From the IMG/VR virus record IMGVR_UViG_3300032287_003559, positions 64,001 through 128,000 of that record: 64,000 nucleotides of DNA. The stretch is one strand, 5' to 3'. The notes beneath the pieces were generated by a model. The model made no database searches. It had not been told where the DNA came from and worked only from the letters and a program-made list of their open reading frames with translations. Shown here one piece after another: positions 21,891-30,586 of this stretch (position 1 is its first letter; each line of letters starts with the position of its first letter). The position numbers were made by a program, and so were the translations under genes. The stretch comes from a virus.

Positions 21891-22517
21891 ATGCAAAACT
21901 TCTTTACTGTAGCCCTCTTGCCTCTTCTGGCAACGGTTACAACCACAACGGCAACACTGCCATCATCTGCTATTTCTCCTTCATATTCTATTATTAAGGA
22001 GTTTGAGTCAGAGAAGACAGCAATCCGCGAGGTTGCTCCCGAAAAGCCAAAAGAGAAAAGGCTAATTTGTAAAGGGTGTAATGAACATGAAAATGTTACC
22101 CTGGCTTATTTTCAGGACATTGGAATTAAAGACAGAAACGCCCTTGCTACCATCATGGGTAATATTCGTCAGGAATCAACTTTTGTTCCTAACATTTGTG
22201 AAGGTGGTAGTAGAACCAGTTACTATAGCTGCGGTCGCGGTTATGGTCTGATTCAATGGACATCTGCCGATAGGTATTATGGATTGGGTGATTTTGCTAG
22301 AAAAGTTGGTGGAAATCCATCATCTATTCGAACGCAACTTGGTTATCTAACAACTGAGGTTCAATGGCAACGAATTGTAGATAGAATGAAAGTTCCTGGT
22401 AAATCTATCAATCGTTACATGGACTATGCGTATAGTTGGATTGGTTGGGGGCATCATGGTGCCCGTACATCTTATGCCTATGATTATGCTTCCCGACTGA
22501 TTCCGGTAGAAGTTTGA
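21891..22517 (+). CDS. Phage tail-type lysozyme-like protein with signal-peptide-like N-terminus
   Basis: IMGNIRQES, GYGLIQWT. Confidence 0.75.
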   Translation: MQNFFTVALLPLLATVTTTTATLPSSAISPSYSIIKEFESEKTAIREVAPEKPKEKRLICKGCNEHENVTLAYFQDIGIKDRNALATIMGNIRQESTFVPNICEGGSRTSYYSCGRGYGLIQWTSADRYYGLGDFARKVGGNPSSIRTQLGYLTTEVQWQRIVDRMKVPGKSINRYMDYAYSWIGWGHHGARTSYAYDYASRLIPVEV

Positions 22518-22562
22518 TACAATAGAATAATAAATAGAGGGAGTCGTATGACTCCTTTTTTT

Positions 22563-22982
22563 ATGCTTAATTTCAACTTCGGAAACAAGAGACCTGATAA
22601 GAAGCAAATCGTCCTTGTAAGCGTCGTATTAAGCACGATAGTAGCAACTCTCTCCCAATGCACTGGAGCGCCCTCAGAGCGCCTCTGGGACCTCTTAGAC
22701 GAGGTTCAGAGGAGGTTCTTCCCCCAGACCATAATTAACGATGTTCTCCTTAAAGATCCTGGAGTTGTTAAAAGAAGAGCGAAAAGAGATGTTGATCAAG
22801 CTATATGGGATTATGAACGCTTGACTGGATATTCAAATGAGCCTAGAATACCTTTGCCGAGGTTGATAGAGAAATCTCCAGAAGCTTCTAAGTGTTATAC
22901 TGAAGAGTGTAAAAAACTTGGAGGAGAAATGAGACTTTGCTCTCCATGGCTTGACGATTGCGTTAAAGAACCTGTACAATAG
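22563..22982 (+). CDS. Hypothetical membrane-anchored, Cys-containing protein
   Basis: N-terminal TM; CYTEEC...RLCSPW. Confidence 0.65.
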   Translation: MLNFNFGNKRPDKKQIVLVSVVLSTIVATLSQCTGAPSERLWDLLDEVQRRFFPQTIINDVLLKDPGVVKRRAKRDVDQAIWDYERLTGYSNEPRIPLPRLIEKSPEASKCYTEECKKLGGEMRLCSPWLDDCVKEPVQ

Positions 22983-22989
22983 AAACATC

Positions 22990-23071
22990 GGGTAGGTGTC
23001 CGAGTGGTTAATGGAGGCGGACTGTAAATCCGCTGGCTCTGCCTACGGGGGTTCAAATCCCTCCCTGCCCA
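22990..23071 (+). tRNA. tRNA-Tyr(GUA)
   Basis: GCGGA-CTGTAAA-TCCGC; long variable arm. Confidence 0.95.
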
Positions 23072-23187
23072 CCTTGACGATCTGATTCTTAAGTGGTATG
23101 ATTGTCTTATGAGCGGTGAGGGTCCAAACCTCACATAAGTCTCACCCCTCCTATGCCTCTCAACGATGCACAAACCAGGAGGGCTCT

Positions 23188-23261
23188 GTTTCGGTAGCTC
23201 AGTTGGATAGAGCATCTGCCTTCTAAGCAGTTGGTCACAGGTTCAAGTCCTGTCCGAAACG
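23188..23261 (+). tRNA. tRNA-Arg(UCU)
   Basis: GTTTCGG/CCGAAAC; CTGC-CTTCTAA-GCAG. Confidence 0.93.
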
Positions 23262-23446
23262 CTTGGAGTCTTTGATTCCATATATAAAAGCGATAGAGGG
23301 TAAGTCCCTGTTATATCCTTATGAGGTATATCACACTTACTCCATCAAATCGTAGGAAGTGCAAACCCTCTCGCTGGTCATAGTATTCTGTGTCTAGATG
23401 AAGGGAAAGGTGATTCTGTCCGCACATAGAAATCCCTCCTACCATA

Positions 23447-23529
23447 GCTCTAGTGGTGGAACGGTAGACACAGCGGACTTAGAATCCGCCGCCTTAAAAA
23501 GCGTGGAAGTTCAAATCTTCTCTGGAGCA
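23447..23529 (+). tRNA. tRNA-Leu(UAG)
   Basis: GCGGA-CTTAGAA-TCCGC; long variable arm. Confidence 0.93.
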
Positions 23530-23568
23530 CTTGACAATCAAACTTAAATAGTTTATGATTGTCTTATT

Positions 23569-23640
23569 GCGAAAGTAACTCAACGGTAGAGTCCCTGCCT
23601 TCCAAGCAGGTTGTTGCGAGTTCGAATCTCGTCTTTCGCT
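23569..23640 (+). tRNA. tRNA-Gly(UCC)
   Basis: GCGAAAG/CTTTCGC; CCTGC-CTTCCAA-GCAGG. Confidence 0.93.
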
Positions 23641-23663
23641 CTTGGAGTTTATCTCCACAAATT

Positions 23664-23737
23664 CCGTTGGTAGTCTAGTGGTCAGGACAGGCAGACAATG
23701 CACTTGGAGTTCGGGTTCGATTCCCGACCAGCGGCCA
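23664..23737 (+). ncRNA. tRNA-like RNA with broken anticodon arm
   Basis: Acceptor CCGTTGG/CCAGCGG, D arm and T arm TCGGG-TTCGATT-CCCGA intact; anticodon stem unpaired. Confidence 0.65.
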
Positions 23738-23753
23738 GCAAATTTCTTTTCTT

Positions 23754-23933
23754 ATGGAAGTTGAAGTTAATTCTATTAATATCGCAAGACTTCTAAGTGA
23801 ATTAGAAGGTTGCTACATCTTCACCAAATATATGGGGTTTGAAGATGATATGAACACTCTTGATGAAATGAAGAAAAGATATTATAAACTTTACTTCAAA
23901 CTCTATAAGGAAGAAAAAAGTAATCCCCTGTAG
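23754..23933 (+). CDS. 59-aa hypothetical protein (MEVEVNSINIARLL...)
   Basis: Translated by hand; stop lies inside the 5' end of tRNA-Asn. Confidence 0.55.
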   Translation: MEVEVNSINIARLLSELEGCYIFTKYMGFEDDMNTLDEMKKRYYKLYFKLYKEEKSNPL

Positions 23934-23996
23934 TTCAGTCGGTAGAACGGAGGACTGTTAATCCTTATGTCCCTGGTTCGAGTCCAGGCGGGGGAG
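23924..23996 (+). tRNA. tRNA-Asn(GUU)
   Basis: TCCCCTG/CGGGGGA; GAGGA-CTGTTAA-TCCTT. Confidence 0.94.
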
Positions 23997-24079
23997 TTGG
24001 AAGGACTGGAAATGTCTGGGTCTTCCATTACTAAAACCTAGAGTTTTTCTAGGTCAGGGGGATGGCCATCCCCTGTTTC

Positions 24080-24152
24080 GGGCGATTAGCTCAGCGGTAG
24101 CAGCGTCTGCTTTACACGCAGAATGTCGGGGGTTCGAATCCCTCATCGCCCA
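24080..24152 (+). tRNA. tRNA-Val(UAC)
   Basis: GGGCGAT/ATCGCCC; TCTGC-TTTACAC-GCAGA. Confidence 0.94.
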
Positions 24153-24180
24153 CTTGCATAAATACTTGAAAAAAAGTATA

Positions 24181-24615
24181 ATGGAAAAACTGTATAAATT
24201 ACTCAGTGATGCACAGTCATCACTTTTTGTTTTATTCCATAAAACTTGGGCATTTCATTGGAATGTTGTAGGTTCAGATTTCACACAACTTCACCAACTC
24301 TTTGGTGGTCAGTATGAAACTATGTTTGAAGAGATTGACCGTCTCTCAGAGCATATGAGATATTTGAATGTAAAACCATTGAGTTCTCTCTCAAGAATGC
24401 TTGAGGTAACTCAAATTAAAGAGGCTGCAAGTTCTACAACAGCAAATAATATGCTTTCAGAACTTCTTGAGAATAATGAAAAGTTTTGTGAAATAATGAC
24501 CGAAATTTCTGAAGAAGCAGAAGCGCAAAAGCAATATGCAACTGCCAATCTATCTCAAGATTTAATGGAATCTCACGGCAAATTTATCTGGCAATTAAGA
24601 GCACATTTACAATGA
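24181..24615 (+). CDS. dps: Dps/ferritin-like protein
   Basis: FHWNVVG.DF..LH.LF..QY....DRLSEH ferroxidase motif. Confidence 0.92.
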   Translation: MEKLYKLLSDAQSSLFVLFHKTWAFHWNVVGSDFTQLHQLFGGQYETMFEEIDRLSEHMRYLNVKPLSSLSRMLEVTQIKEAASSTTANNMLSELLENNEKFCEIMTEISEEAEAQKQYATANLSQDLMESHGKFIWQLRAHLQ

Positions 24616-24630
24616 ATAGGATGAAAAGCA

Positions 24631-24882
24631 ATGTTATCAATAAGATGCAAAGATTGTAATAGAGAATTAACAGGACATCATTCAAAAACAGTAAGTTGTG
24701 GTTGTCCTAATATGGCAACAATTCGTGGAGATAAGATTTCAGCACTTGACTTATCTCGCATTGTTATGCTAAACTCCTTAAAAGAAAATCAAAAAACAAA
24801 TGTGTTAACCTCTCAAGATATTGCTTGGCAGGAAGCACGTCGTCAGCGTAAAGTTAGACGACTTGATTTTGAAGTCCGCTGA
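24631..24882 (+). CDS. Zn-ribbon hypothetical protein
   Basis: CKDC...CGC. Confidence 0.65.
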   Translation: MLSIRCKDCNRELTGHHSKTVSCGCPNMATIRGDKISALDLSRIVMLNSLKENQKTNVLTSQDIAWQEARRQRKVRRLDFEVR

Positions 24883-24893
24883 GGACTTATATT

Positions 24894-24978
24894 GGAAAGG
24901 TGGTCGAGTGGTTGAAGGCTCCAGTCTTGAAAACTGGCGATGTGAAAGCATCCGTGGGTTCGAATCCCACCCTTTCCG
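24894..24978 (+). tRNA. tRNA-Ser(UGA)
   Basis: GGAAAGG/CCTTTCC; CCAGT-CTTGAAA-ACTGG; long variable arm. Confidence 0.95.
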
Positions 24979-25082
24979 TTACAGATTTAACAATTTCTTC
25001 AGTAGTGTTACAGAACGAACACAAATTGTTGACGATGAAAATTTTGTGAATAGTATATAGTAGTACTATCACTTAAAAACTT

Positions 25083-25238
25083 ATGGACCAACACACCTAT
25101 AATAACTGGGTCCGTATTAAAGAGACTTTTGAGAAGTCTGGTAATACAGATAACATGTTTTATAAAAGGGCGTGTGAAATCATAAGAACAAAAAGAGATC
25201 CTCTGGCAAGTTTTTTGGAGATGAAAAATGACACCTGA
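25083..25238 (+). CDS. Small hypothetical protein (MDQHTYNNWVRIK...)
   Basis: Translated by hand, 51 aa; followed by two overlapping small hydrophobic ORFs (25228-25386, 25383-25505). Confidence 0.6.
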   Translation: MDQHTYNNWVRIKETFEKSGNTDNMFYKRACEIIRTKRDPLASFLEMKNDT

Positions 25239-25541
25239 AGAAGTTCAATCTATGATTGATGAGTCTGTTGCGAAGGCAATTGACAAACACAATAAAACTG
25301 CTACAATAATCTCAGCAACAATCGGATCGATTTTGCTTTTCTTCTATGCTCATGGTGTTATTGCTATTATAGATAGAGTACGATGAGACATTTTGTGTAT
25401 GTTATCCTGAATAATCAACTAGCATTGTTTATTATTGGATGCCTCTTGACAATCGCACCTGCTATCGGTATAATGGTAGTACATTCATCAAAGGATGAAG
25501 ATTAAATCTTATAAATAGATTTGAACTTTATTTGAAGAATA

Positions 25542-25868
25542 ATGCCAGCAAAAAACCCAAAAGAATACGCTTCGAAGCACTATCAGCAAAATAAATCTTT
25601 ATATGCTGAAAGAAGTAAAGTTGCTAGACTTAGGGTTAAAGAATGGTATAATGAACTTATGAATGATAAGTTCTGTGAAAAATGTGGTGAATCTGATACT
25701 ATTGTATTAGAATGGCATCACATAGATCCATCTAAAAAGGATATGAGCATTGCTGATATGCTTTCGAGAAGAGGAAAACAAACTATCTTAGAAGAGATAG
25801 ATAAGTGTATGTGTCTTTGTGCTAATTGTCACAGAAGATTGCATCATCAAATACGCAACGGGGTGTAG
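25542..25868 (+). CDS. HNH endonuclease
   Basis: CEKCG...LEWHHID...CMCLCANCHRRLH; late promoter TATAAATA at 25510. Confidence 0.88.
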   Translation: MPAKNPKEYASKHYQQNKSLYAERSKVARLRVKEWYNELMNDKFCEKCGESDTIVLEWHHIDPSKKDMSIADMLSRRGKQTILEEIDKCMCLCANCHRRLHHQIRNGV

Positions 25869-25933
25869 CTCAGCTTGGATAGAGCGCCGCTTTTGGGAAG
25901 CGGAAGTCGCAGATTCGAATTCTGTCACCCCGA
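25859..25933 (+). tRNA. tRNA-Pro(UGG)
   Basis: CGGGGTG/CACCCCG; CCGCT-TTTGGGA-AGCGG. Confidence 0.93.
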
Positions 25934-25950
25934 CTCATAAAACTCACTTT

Positions 25951-26181
25951 ATGAAAATGAATCAAGAAATTAACGAACTTACGACATTTACAATTGAAGA
26001 GTTTCAGAATGATTTCGATAACCTTATGAATAGAGTAGAAGGTGGAGAATCGTTCATCATATCAAGTGAGCACGGAAATGCAGTGATTGTACCATACAAC
26101 GAAGTGGTGCAGGTATTTCAAGAATCTGGTGTGAGTGATGAGATCATACGAATACACACCGATCACGAAGAAGGTTCTTGA
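25951..26181 (+). CDS. Hypothetical protein, Phd/YefM-like N-terminal pattern
   Basis: TIEEFQNDFDNLMNRVEGGESFII...AVIVP. Confidence 0.5.
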   Translation: MKMNQEINELTTFTIEEFQNDFDNLMNRVEGGESFIISSEHGNAVIVPYNEVVQVFQESGVSDEIIRIHTDHEEGS

Positions 26182-26220
26182 CAAAGAGTTCCAGGTCCTC
26201 TACACTAGATCTGGTCTTAT

Positions 26221-26292
26221 GGGACTGTCGCCTATGGGTTAAGGCCCACTGCTTATAACGGTGTGAACTGAGTTCAAGTCTCAGCAGTCCTA
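26221..26292 (+). tRNA. tRNA-Ile(UAU)
   Basis: GGGACTG/CAGTCCT; CACTG-CTTATAA-CGGTG. Confidence 0.85.
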
Positions 26293-26296
26293 CTTT

Positions 26297-26369
26297 GCAG
26301 GTTTAGCTCTCTGGCGAAAGCACCGAACTCATAATTCGGCTAAGGTGGGTTCGATCCCCACAACCTGCA
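26297..26369 (+). tRNA. tRNA-Met(CAU), elongator-type (Ile2 not excluded)
   Basis: GCAGGTT/AACCTGC; CCGAA-CTCATAA-TTCGG. Confidence 0.88.
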
Positions 26370-26445
26370 CTGGACACTTACCAAAGCGTCCTACTTGACT
26401 TTCAAACATCACTTCTCTATAATACAAAGGTCAACAATCAAAACA

Positions 26446-26661
26446 ATGACTCTCACTGCTAAATTCAAGAAAGACGTTCAAACCCTTCGTGGTGCTGCTA
26501 ACGGCGATTTCTACCTTGATGTAAAGAATCCGAAACTCTACAAAAAGGTTCGTCGTTACTATGAGCAAGAAGGTGTAGTGTTTTCTGGTGATCCTTTGGA
26601 TGATTATGAAATGCTTATGGAATATGTCGCTGCTGATCTTGAGTCTGTTGAGGTTGCATGA
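26446..26661 (+). CDS. Conserved cyanophage hypothetical protein
   Basis: LDVKNPKLYKKVRRYYE. Confidence 0.7.
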   Translation: MTLTAKFKKDVQTLRGAANGDFYLDVKNPKLYKKVRRYYEQEGVVFSGDPLDDYEMLMEYVAADLESVEVA

Positions 26662-26927
26662 ACGATCTAGATCTGAATTCGGTAAAGTCAACCAAGACTA
26701 TTATCATTCATGAACGATTTCCTTATCGCTTTGTGCAAAAAGGACATATTGAACTAAACGGCAATCCTGATTTTCGCTTACAAAAAGTGAATGAGTATAC
26801 TAAAAAATACTCTGATATTTATTTGTTTGATAATGGAGATCAAATGCTTCTTGCGATTGAAGATCCCGAATATTCTAAATGGTTAGATCCAGATCGTGTT
26901 CCTTGTTATGTAAAAGATGATGATTAA
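26658..26927 (+). CDS. Hypothetical protein
   Basis: ATGA overlap; ERFPYRFV. Confidence 0.65.
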   Translation: MNDLDLNSVKSTKTIIIHERFPYRFVQKGHIELNGNPDFRLQKVNEYTKKYSDIYLFDNGDQMLLAIEDPEYSKWLDPDRVPCYVKDDD

Positions 26928-26930
26928 ATA

Positions 26931-27330
26931 GTCTCGGTATGACTTAAAACTAGCCCTGGTCGGGAGCAAACCCCTTATGTCTAAAACAAGTATCTTACGA
27001 TATCTTGGAAACTTTCTCCTTATGATTGGATATCAAACCATGTTATGGGGAGATTTTAAATATGGTTTATTGATAAAAGTTATTGGGGGATTACTCACAG
27101 TACCTTTTGCAATCAAACTTAAACTCTGGGATGTATTATTTTTATGTGCATTCTTTGGGTTTAGTGAGTTTTCAAAACTCATTCAACTTTTCTCAGTTAG
27201 TTAAAACTGAGTGGTGGAGTCAATATGACCCTAGCTAGGTTTCTTGCTTCCTTAAAGAGCAAGTGGTGCGGATGGGACTCTCTCCCGCCTGGTTTCCAAT
27301 TTCCAGTTAAAGAATTGGTGGCGAGCCTGA
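26931..27330 (+). ncRNA. manA-like structured RNA interrupted by a small ORF
   Basis: 5' block GTCTCGGTATGACTTAAAACTAGCCCTGGTCGGGA and 3' blocks TTTCTTGCTTCC..AAAGAGCAAGTGGTGCGG / GTGGCGAGCCTG resemble the cyanophage manA motif as I recall it; terminator 27338-27366. Confidence 0.6.
26977..27204 (+). CDS. Small multi-TM protein
   Basis: 75 aa, hydrophobic helices. Confidence 0.6.
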   Translation: MSKTSILRYLGNFLLMIGYQTMLWGDFKYGLLIKVIGGLLTVPFAIKLKLWDVLFLCAFFGFSEFSKLIQLFSVS

Positions 27331-27403
27331 GTTACAAAGAGAGGTTGCATAAACCTCTCTTTTTTAGTATAATGAAAAAATATATTAATAGTAAAAATAA
27401 AAA

Positions 27404-28222
27404 ATGACTTTATCTCTTTATGGTGGAAGTGGATTTGTTGGAGGTAACTTCAAAAAACTATATTCTGATTATGTGGAGATGCAGAGGGATGAAAGAAAGC
27501 CAAAAACAAAAGATATTTTGTATTTCATTTCAACAGTAGATAACTATAATGTTCACGACAAAATTACACTTGACGTAGACACTAATCTAAAAATTCTCTG
27601 TGAAGTTCTGGATTATTGTAGATCAGAAGATATAACTTTTAATTTTATTAGTTCTTGGTTTGTATATGGCAAAACTCCATACATGCCTGCTAGTGAAGAG
27701 AGTCCATGCTTTCCCACAGGATTTTATTCTATTACAAAAAAATGTGCAGAAGATCTTTTAATTTCTTTTTGCAATACCTATAATGTAAAATATCGTATAA
27801 TGAGATTATGTAATGTTTTGGGTTCTGGTGATCAAAAAGCATCTAGAAAAAAGAATGCAATTACTTGGATGATCGATCAACTTAAGATAGATCATGACAT
27901 TTCTCTATACGACGGAGGATCAAATTGTAGAGATGTGATGCATGTTCAAGATGTTTGTAGGGCAATTAAACTCATTTGCGATAAAGGAAAAACAAACGAA
28001 ATTTATAATGTAGGGTCTGGAAAACCAACTACAATAGGAGAGATTATTTCTTTATCTAAGCATTATCTCAATTCTAAATCTAAAATCAATTATATTGATC
28101 CTCCAGAATTTCATAATAATGTTCAAACAAAAAATTTCTGGATGGACACCAAAAAACTAAAATCCCTTGGATTTGAACCAAAACTTTCTTTAGAATTTAT
28201 CATCAAAGATCTATGTCTGTAA
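27404..28222 (+). CDS. NAD-dependent sugar epimerase/dehydratase
   Basis: GGSGFVG, YSITK. Confidence 0.85.
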   Translation: MTLSLYGGSGFVGGNFKKLYSDYVEMQRDERKPKTKDILYFISTVDNYNVHDKITLDVDTNLKILCEVLDYCRSEDITFNFISSWFVYGKTPYMPASEESPCFPTGFYSITKKCAEDLLISFCNTYNVKYRIMRLCNVLGSGDQKASRKKNAITWMIDQLKIDHDISLYDGGSNCRDVMHVQDVCRAIKLICDKGKTNEIYNVGSGKPTTIGEIISLSKHYLNSKSKINYIDPPEFHNNVQTKNFWMDTKKLKSLGFEPKLSLEFIIKDLCL

Positions 28223-29529
28223 CTGAAAAAGTATCTAATTTCATTACTTCATTGCAGGAAGATGGAGAAAAATTATTTCCATATCTAGCAAATGAGAGAT
28301 GGAAACGTGGAAATAATGTTTACTATTCTGGTCCATATTGGGACCAAAAAGAAGTGTCTGCTGCAATTACGACGCTTCTAGAAGGTAAATGGCTTCCTGC
28401 AGGAGAAGAAGTAAATAAATTTGAACGACAGTTTTCTAAGAAGTTTGGATTTGATTATTCTGTAATGGTGAACTCTGGTAGTTCAGCCAATCTTGTAATG
28501 ATTTCTGCACTCAAAAAATATTTTGAGTGGAAGGATGGAGATGAAATTATTGTTTGTGTCTGTGGATTTCCAACTACAATTAATCCAATTATTCAGAATA
28601 ACTTAAAACCAGTTTTTGTTGATATAAGTTATGATGATTTAAACTGGAATCTTTCACAAATTAAAGAAAAGATTACAACTAGAACTCGCGCAGTATTCTC
28701 CTCACCAGTTCTTGGAAATCCTTATGATTATGATGCACTTCTTGATATCTGCAATCGTTATAACATTAAGTTGATTGCTGATAATTGCGATAGTCTTGGA
28801 AGTAAGTGGAAAGGTGAATATCTTACAGAACATGCTGTAGCTGCATCTTGTTCTTTTTATCCCGCACATCATATCTCTACAATTGAAGGTGGTATGGTAT
28901 CGTCTAATATTAAAGAAATTGTAGATATTGCCCGTAGTTTTGCCTGGTGGGGTAGGGATTGTTATTGCGTTGGACCACAAAATCTTCTTGAGTGTGGAGT
29001 TTGTGGTAAAAGATTTGACCACTGGCTAGATGGATATGATAAAGTTGTTGATCATAAGTATGTCTTTGGTAATATTGGATATAACTTGAAACCAGCAGAT
29101 CTTCAGGGGTCAATTGGACTTGTACAACTTGAAAAGTTTGATGAGGTCCATCAAAAACGTCGTCATAATAAAGAACGAATTCATAAAATTTTTGAGAATA
29201 TTCCTTTTTGTAGGGTCATTTCTGAAAGATCCGATGCAGAAACTAGTTGGTTTGGTGTTCCTATTGTTTTTGAGTATGATAAACCTGGATTAGTCAAATG
29301 GTTAGAAAATCATAAAATTCAAACACGTAATTATTTTGCTGGAAATATTTTAATGCATCCTGCATATAAACATATTGAACCAGCAAGTAATTATCCAAAT
29401 GCTTCTAAAGTTCTAGATAATGTATTCTTTGTCGGATGTTCTCCAACTATTACAGATGAAATGATTGATTATATCGAAGAAGTTGTAGAAGAATATAAGA
29501 AATCAAATATCCTACATCATCCAGTATAA
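28213..29529 (+). CDS. rfbH: RfbH/DdhC (E1)-like NDP-4-keto-6-deoxyhexose 3-dehydrase
   Basis: NSGSSANL, SFYPAHHIST (His in place of the Schiff-base Lys), GRDCYC...CGKRF. Confidence 0.8.
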   Translation: MSVTEKVSNFITSLQEDGEKLFPYLANERWKRGNNVYYSGPYWDQKEVSAAITTLLEGKWLPAGEEVNKFERQFSKKFGFDYSVMVNSGSSANLVMISALKKYFEWKDGDEIIVCVCGFPTTINPIIQNNLKPVFVDISYDDLNWNLSQIKEKITTRTRAVFSSPVLGNPYDYDALLDICNRYNIKLIADNCDSLGSKWKGEYLTEHAVAASCSFYPAHHISTIEGGMVSSNIKEIVDIARSFAWWGRDCYCVGPQNLLECGVCGKRFDHWLDGYDKVVDHKYVFGNIGYNLKPADLQGSIGLVQLEKFDEVHQKRRHNKERIHKIFENIPFCRVISERSDAETSWFGVPIVFEYDKPGLVKWLENHKIQTRNYFAGNILMHPAYKHIEPASNYPNASKVLDNVFFVGCSPTITDEMIDYIEEVVEEYKKSNILHHPV

Positions 29530-29584
29530 GAATACTTGCAAAAAAATATTTCCTTTAGTATAATAAAATAAACGATATTGCCAT

Positions 29585-30586
29585 ATGAAGGTTGCTTTAA
29601 TTACTGGAATAACAGGGCAAGATGGATCTTATCTTGCCGAACTCCTTTTGGAAAAAGGATATGAAGTTCATGGTATCATTCGCCGTGCATCTCAGATCAA
29701 TACTCAAAGAATTGATCATTTGTATCAAAATATTAAATTACATTACGGAGATTTAACAGATTCGACTAATATAGTTCGAGTTATTCAAAAAGTTCAACCA
29801 GATGAAATTTATAACCTTGGTGCTCAGAGTCATGTCAAAGTATCCTTTGAGATGCCTGAATACACTGCTGATGTGGATGCTTTGGGAACTCTTCGTATTC
29901 TTGAAGCAGTTCGTCTTTTGGGCATGGAAAAGAATGTTCGTATTTATCAAGCTTCTACAAGCGAACTTTACGGTCTTGTTCAAGAAATTCCTCAAAGGGA
30001 AACTACTCCTTTTTATCCTCGCTCTCCCTATGGTGTAGCAAAGATTTATGGTTATTGGATTACAAAAAATTATCGCGAATCCTATGGAATGTTTGCTTGT
30101 ACGGGCATTCTCTTTAATCACGAGTCTCCTCGTCGTGGTGAGACCTTTGTTACACGTAAAATTGTTAAAGGATTGAAAGCAATATCCGAAGGAAAACAAG
30201 ATATATTATGTCTTGGTAACTTGAATGCAAAACGTGATTGGGGACATGCTAGAGATTTTGTTGAAGCAATGTGGATGATGCTCCAACAAGATGAACCGGA
30301 TGATTATGTGGTTGCTACAGGTAAGCAATACTCGGTGCGTGAGTTTGTTGAAACAGCAGCACCATATTTTGGAATGGAAATTGTATGGGAAGGTAAGGGA
30401 CTTAATGAAGTTGGAATTGACAAACTTACTGGAAAACCCGTTATCAAAGTTGATCCTAAATATTTTCGACCTGCTGAAGTAGAGACCTTATTAGGTGATG
30501 CCACAAAGGCAAAACAAAAATTAGGGTGGGAACCTAAAATTTCATTTGAACAATTAGTTGAGGATATGTGCATCAATGACAATTGA
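29585..30586 (+). CDS. gmd: GDP-mannose 4,6-dehydratase
   Basis: [44 protein letters not shown]. Confidence 0.97.
   Translation: MKVALITGITGQDGSYLAELLLEKGYEVHGIIRRASQINTQRIDHLYQNIKLHYGDLTDSTNIVRVIQKVQPDEIYNLGAQSHVKVSFEMPEYTADVDALGTLRILEAVRLLGMEKNVRIYQASTSELYGLVQEIPQRETTPFYPRSPYGVAKIYGYWITKNYRESYGMFACTGILFNHESPRRGETFVTRKIVKGLKAISEGKQDILCLGNLNAKRDWGHARDFVEAMWMMLQQDEPDDYVVATGKQYSVREFVETAAPYFGMEIVWEGKGLNEVGIDKLTGKPVIKVDPKYFRPAEVETLLGDATKAKQKLGWEPKISFEQLVEDMCINDN

Noticed and set aside
23290-23444. Two-piece tmRNA
   Set aside because: No Ala-type acceptor or tag reading frame recognisable.
22895-25072. ORFs 22895-23215, 23494-23703, 24821-25060 and 24887-25072
   Set aside because: They overlap tRNA genes.
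27225-27407. 60-aa ORF
   Set aside because: Runs across the structured RNA modules and terminator; probably spurious.
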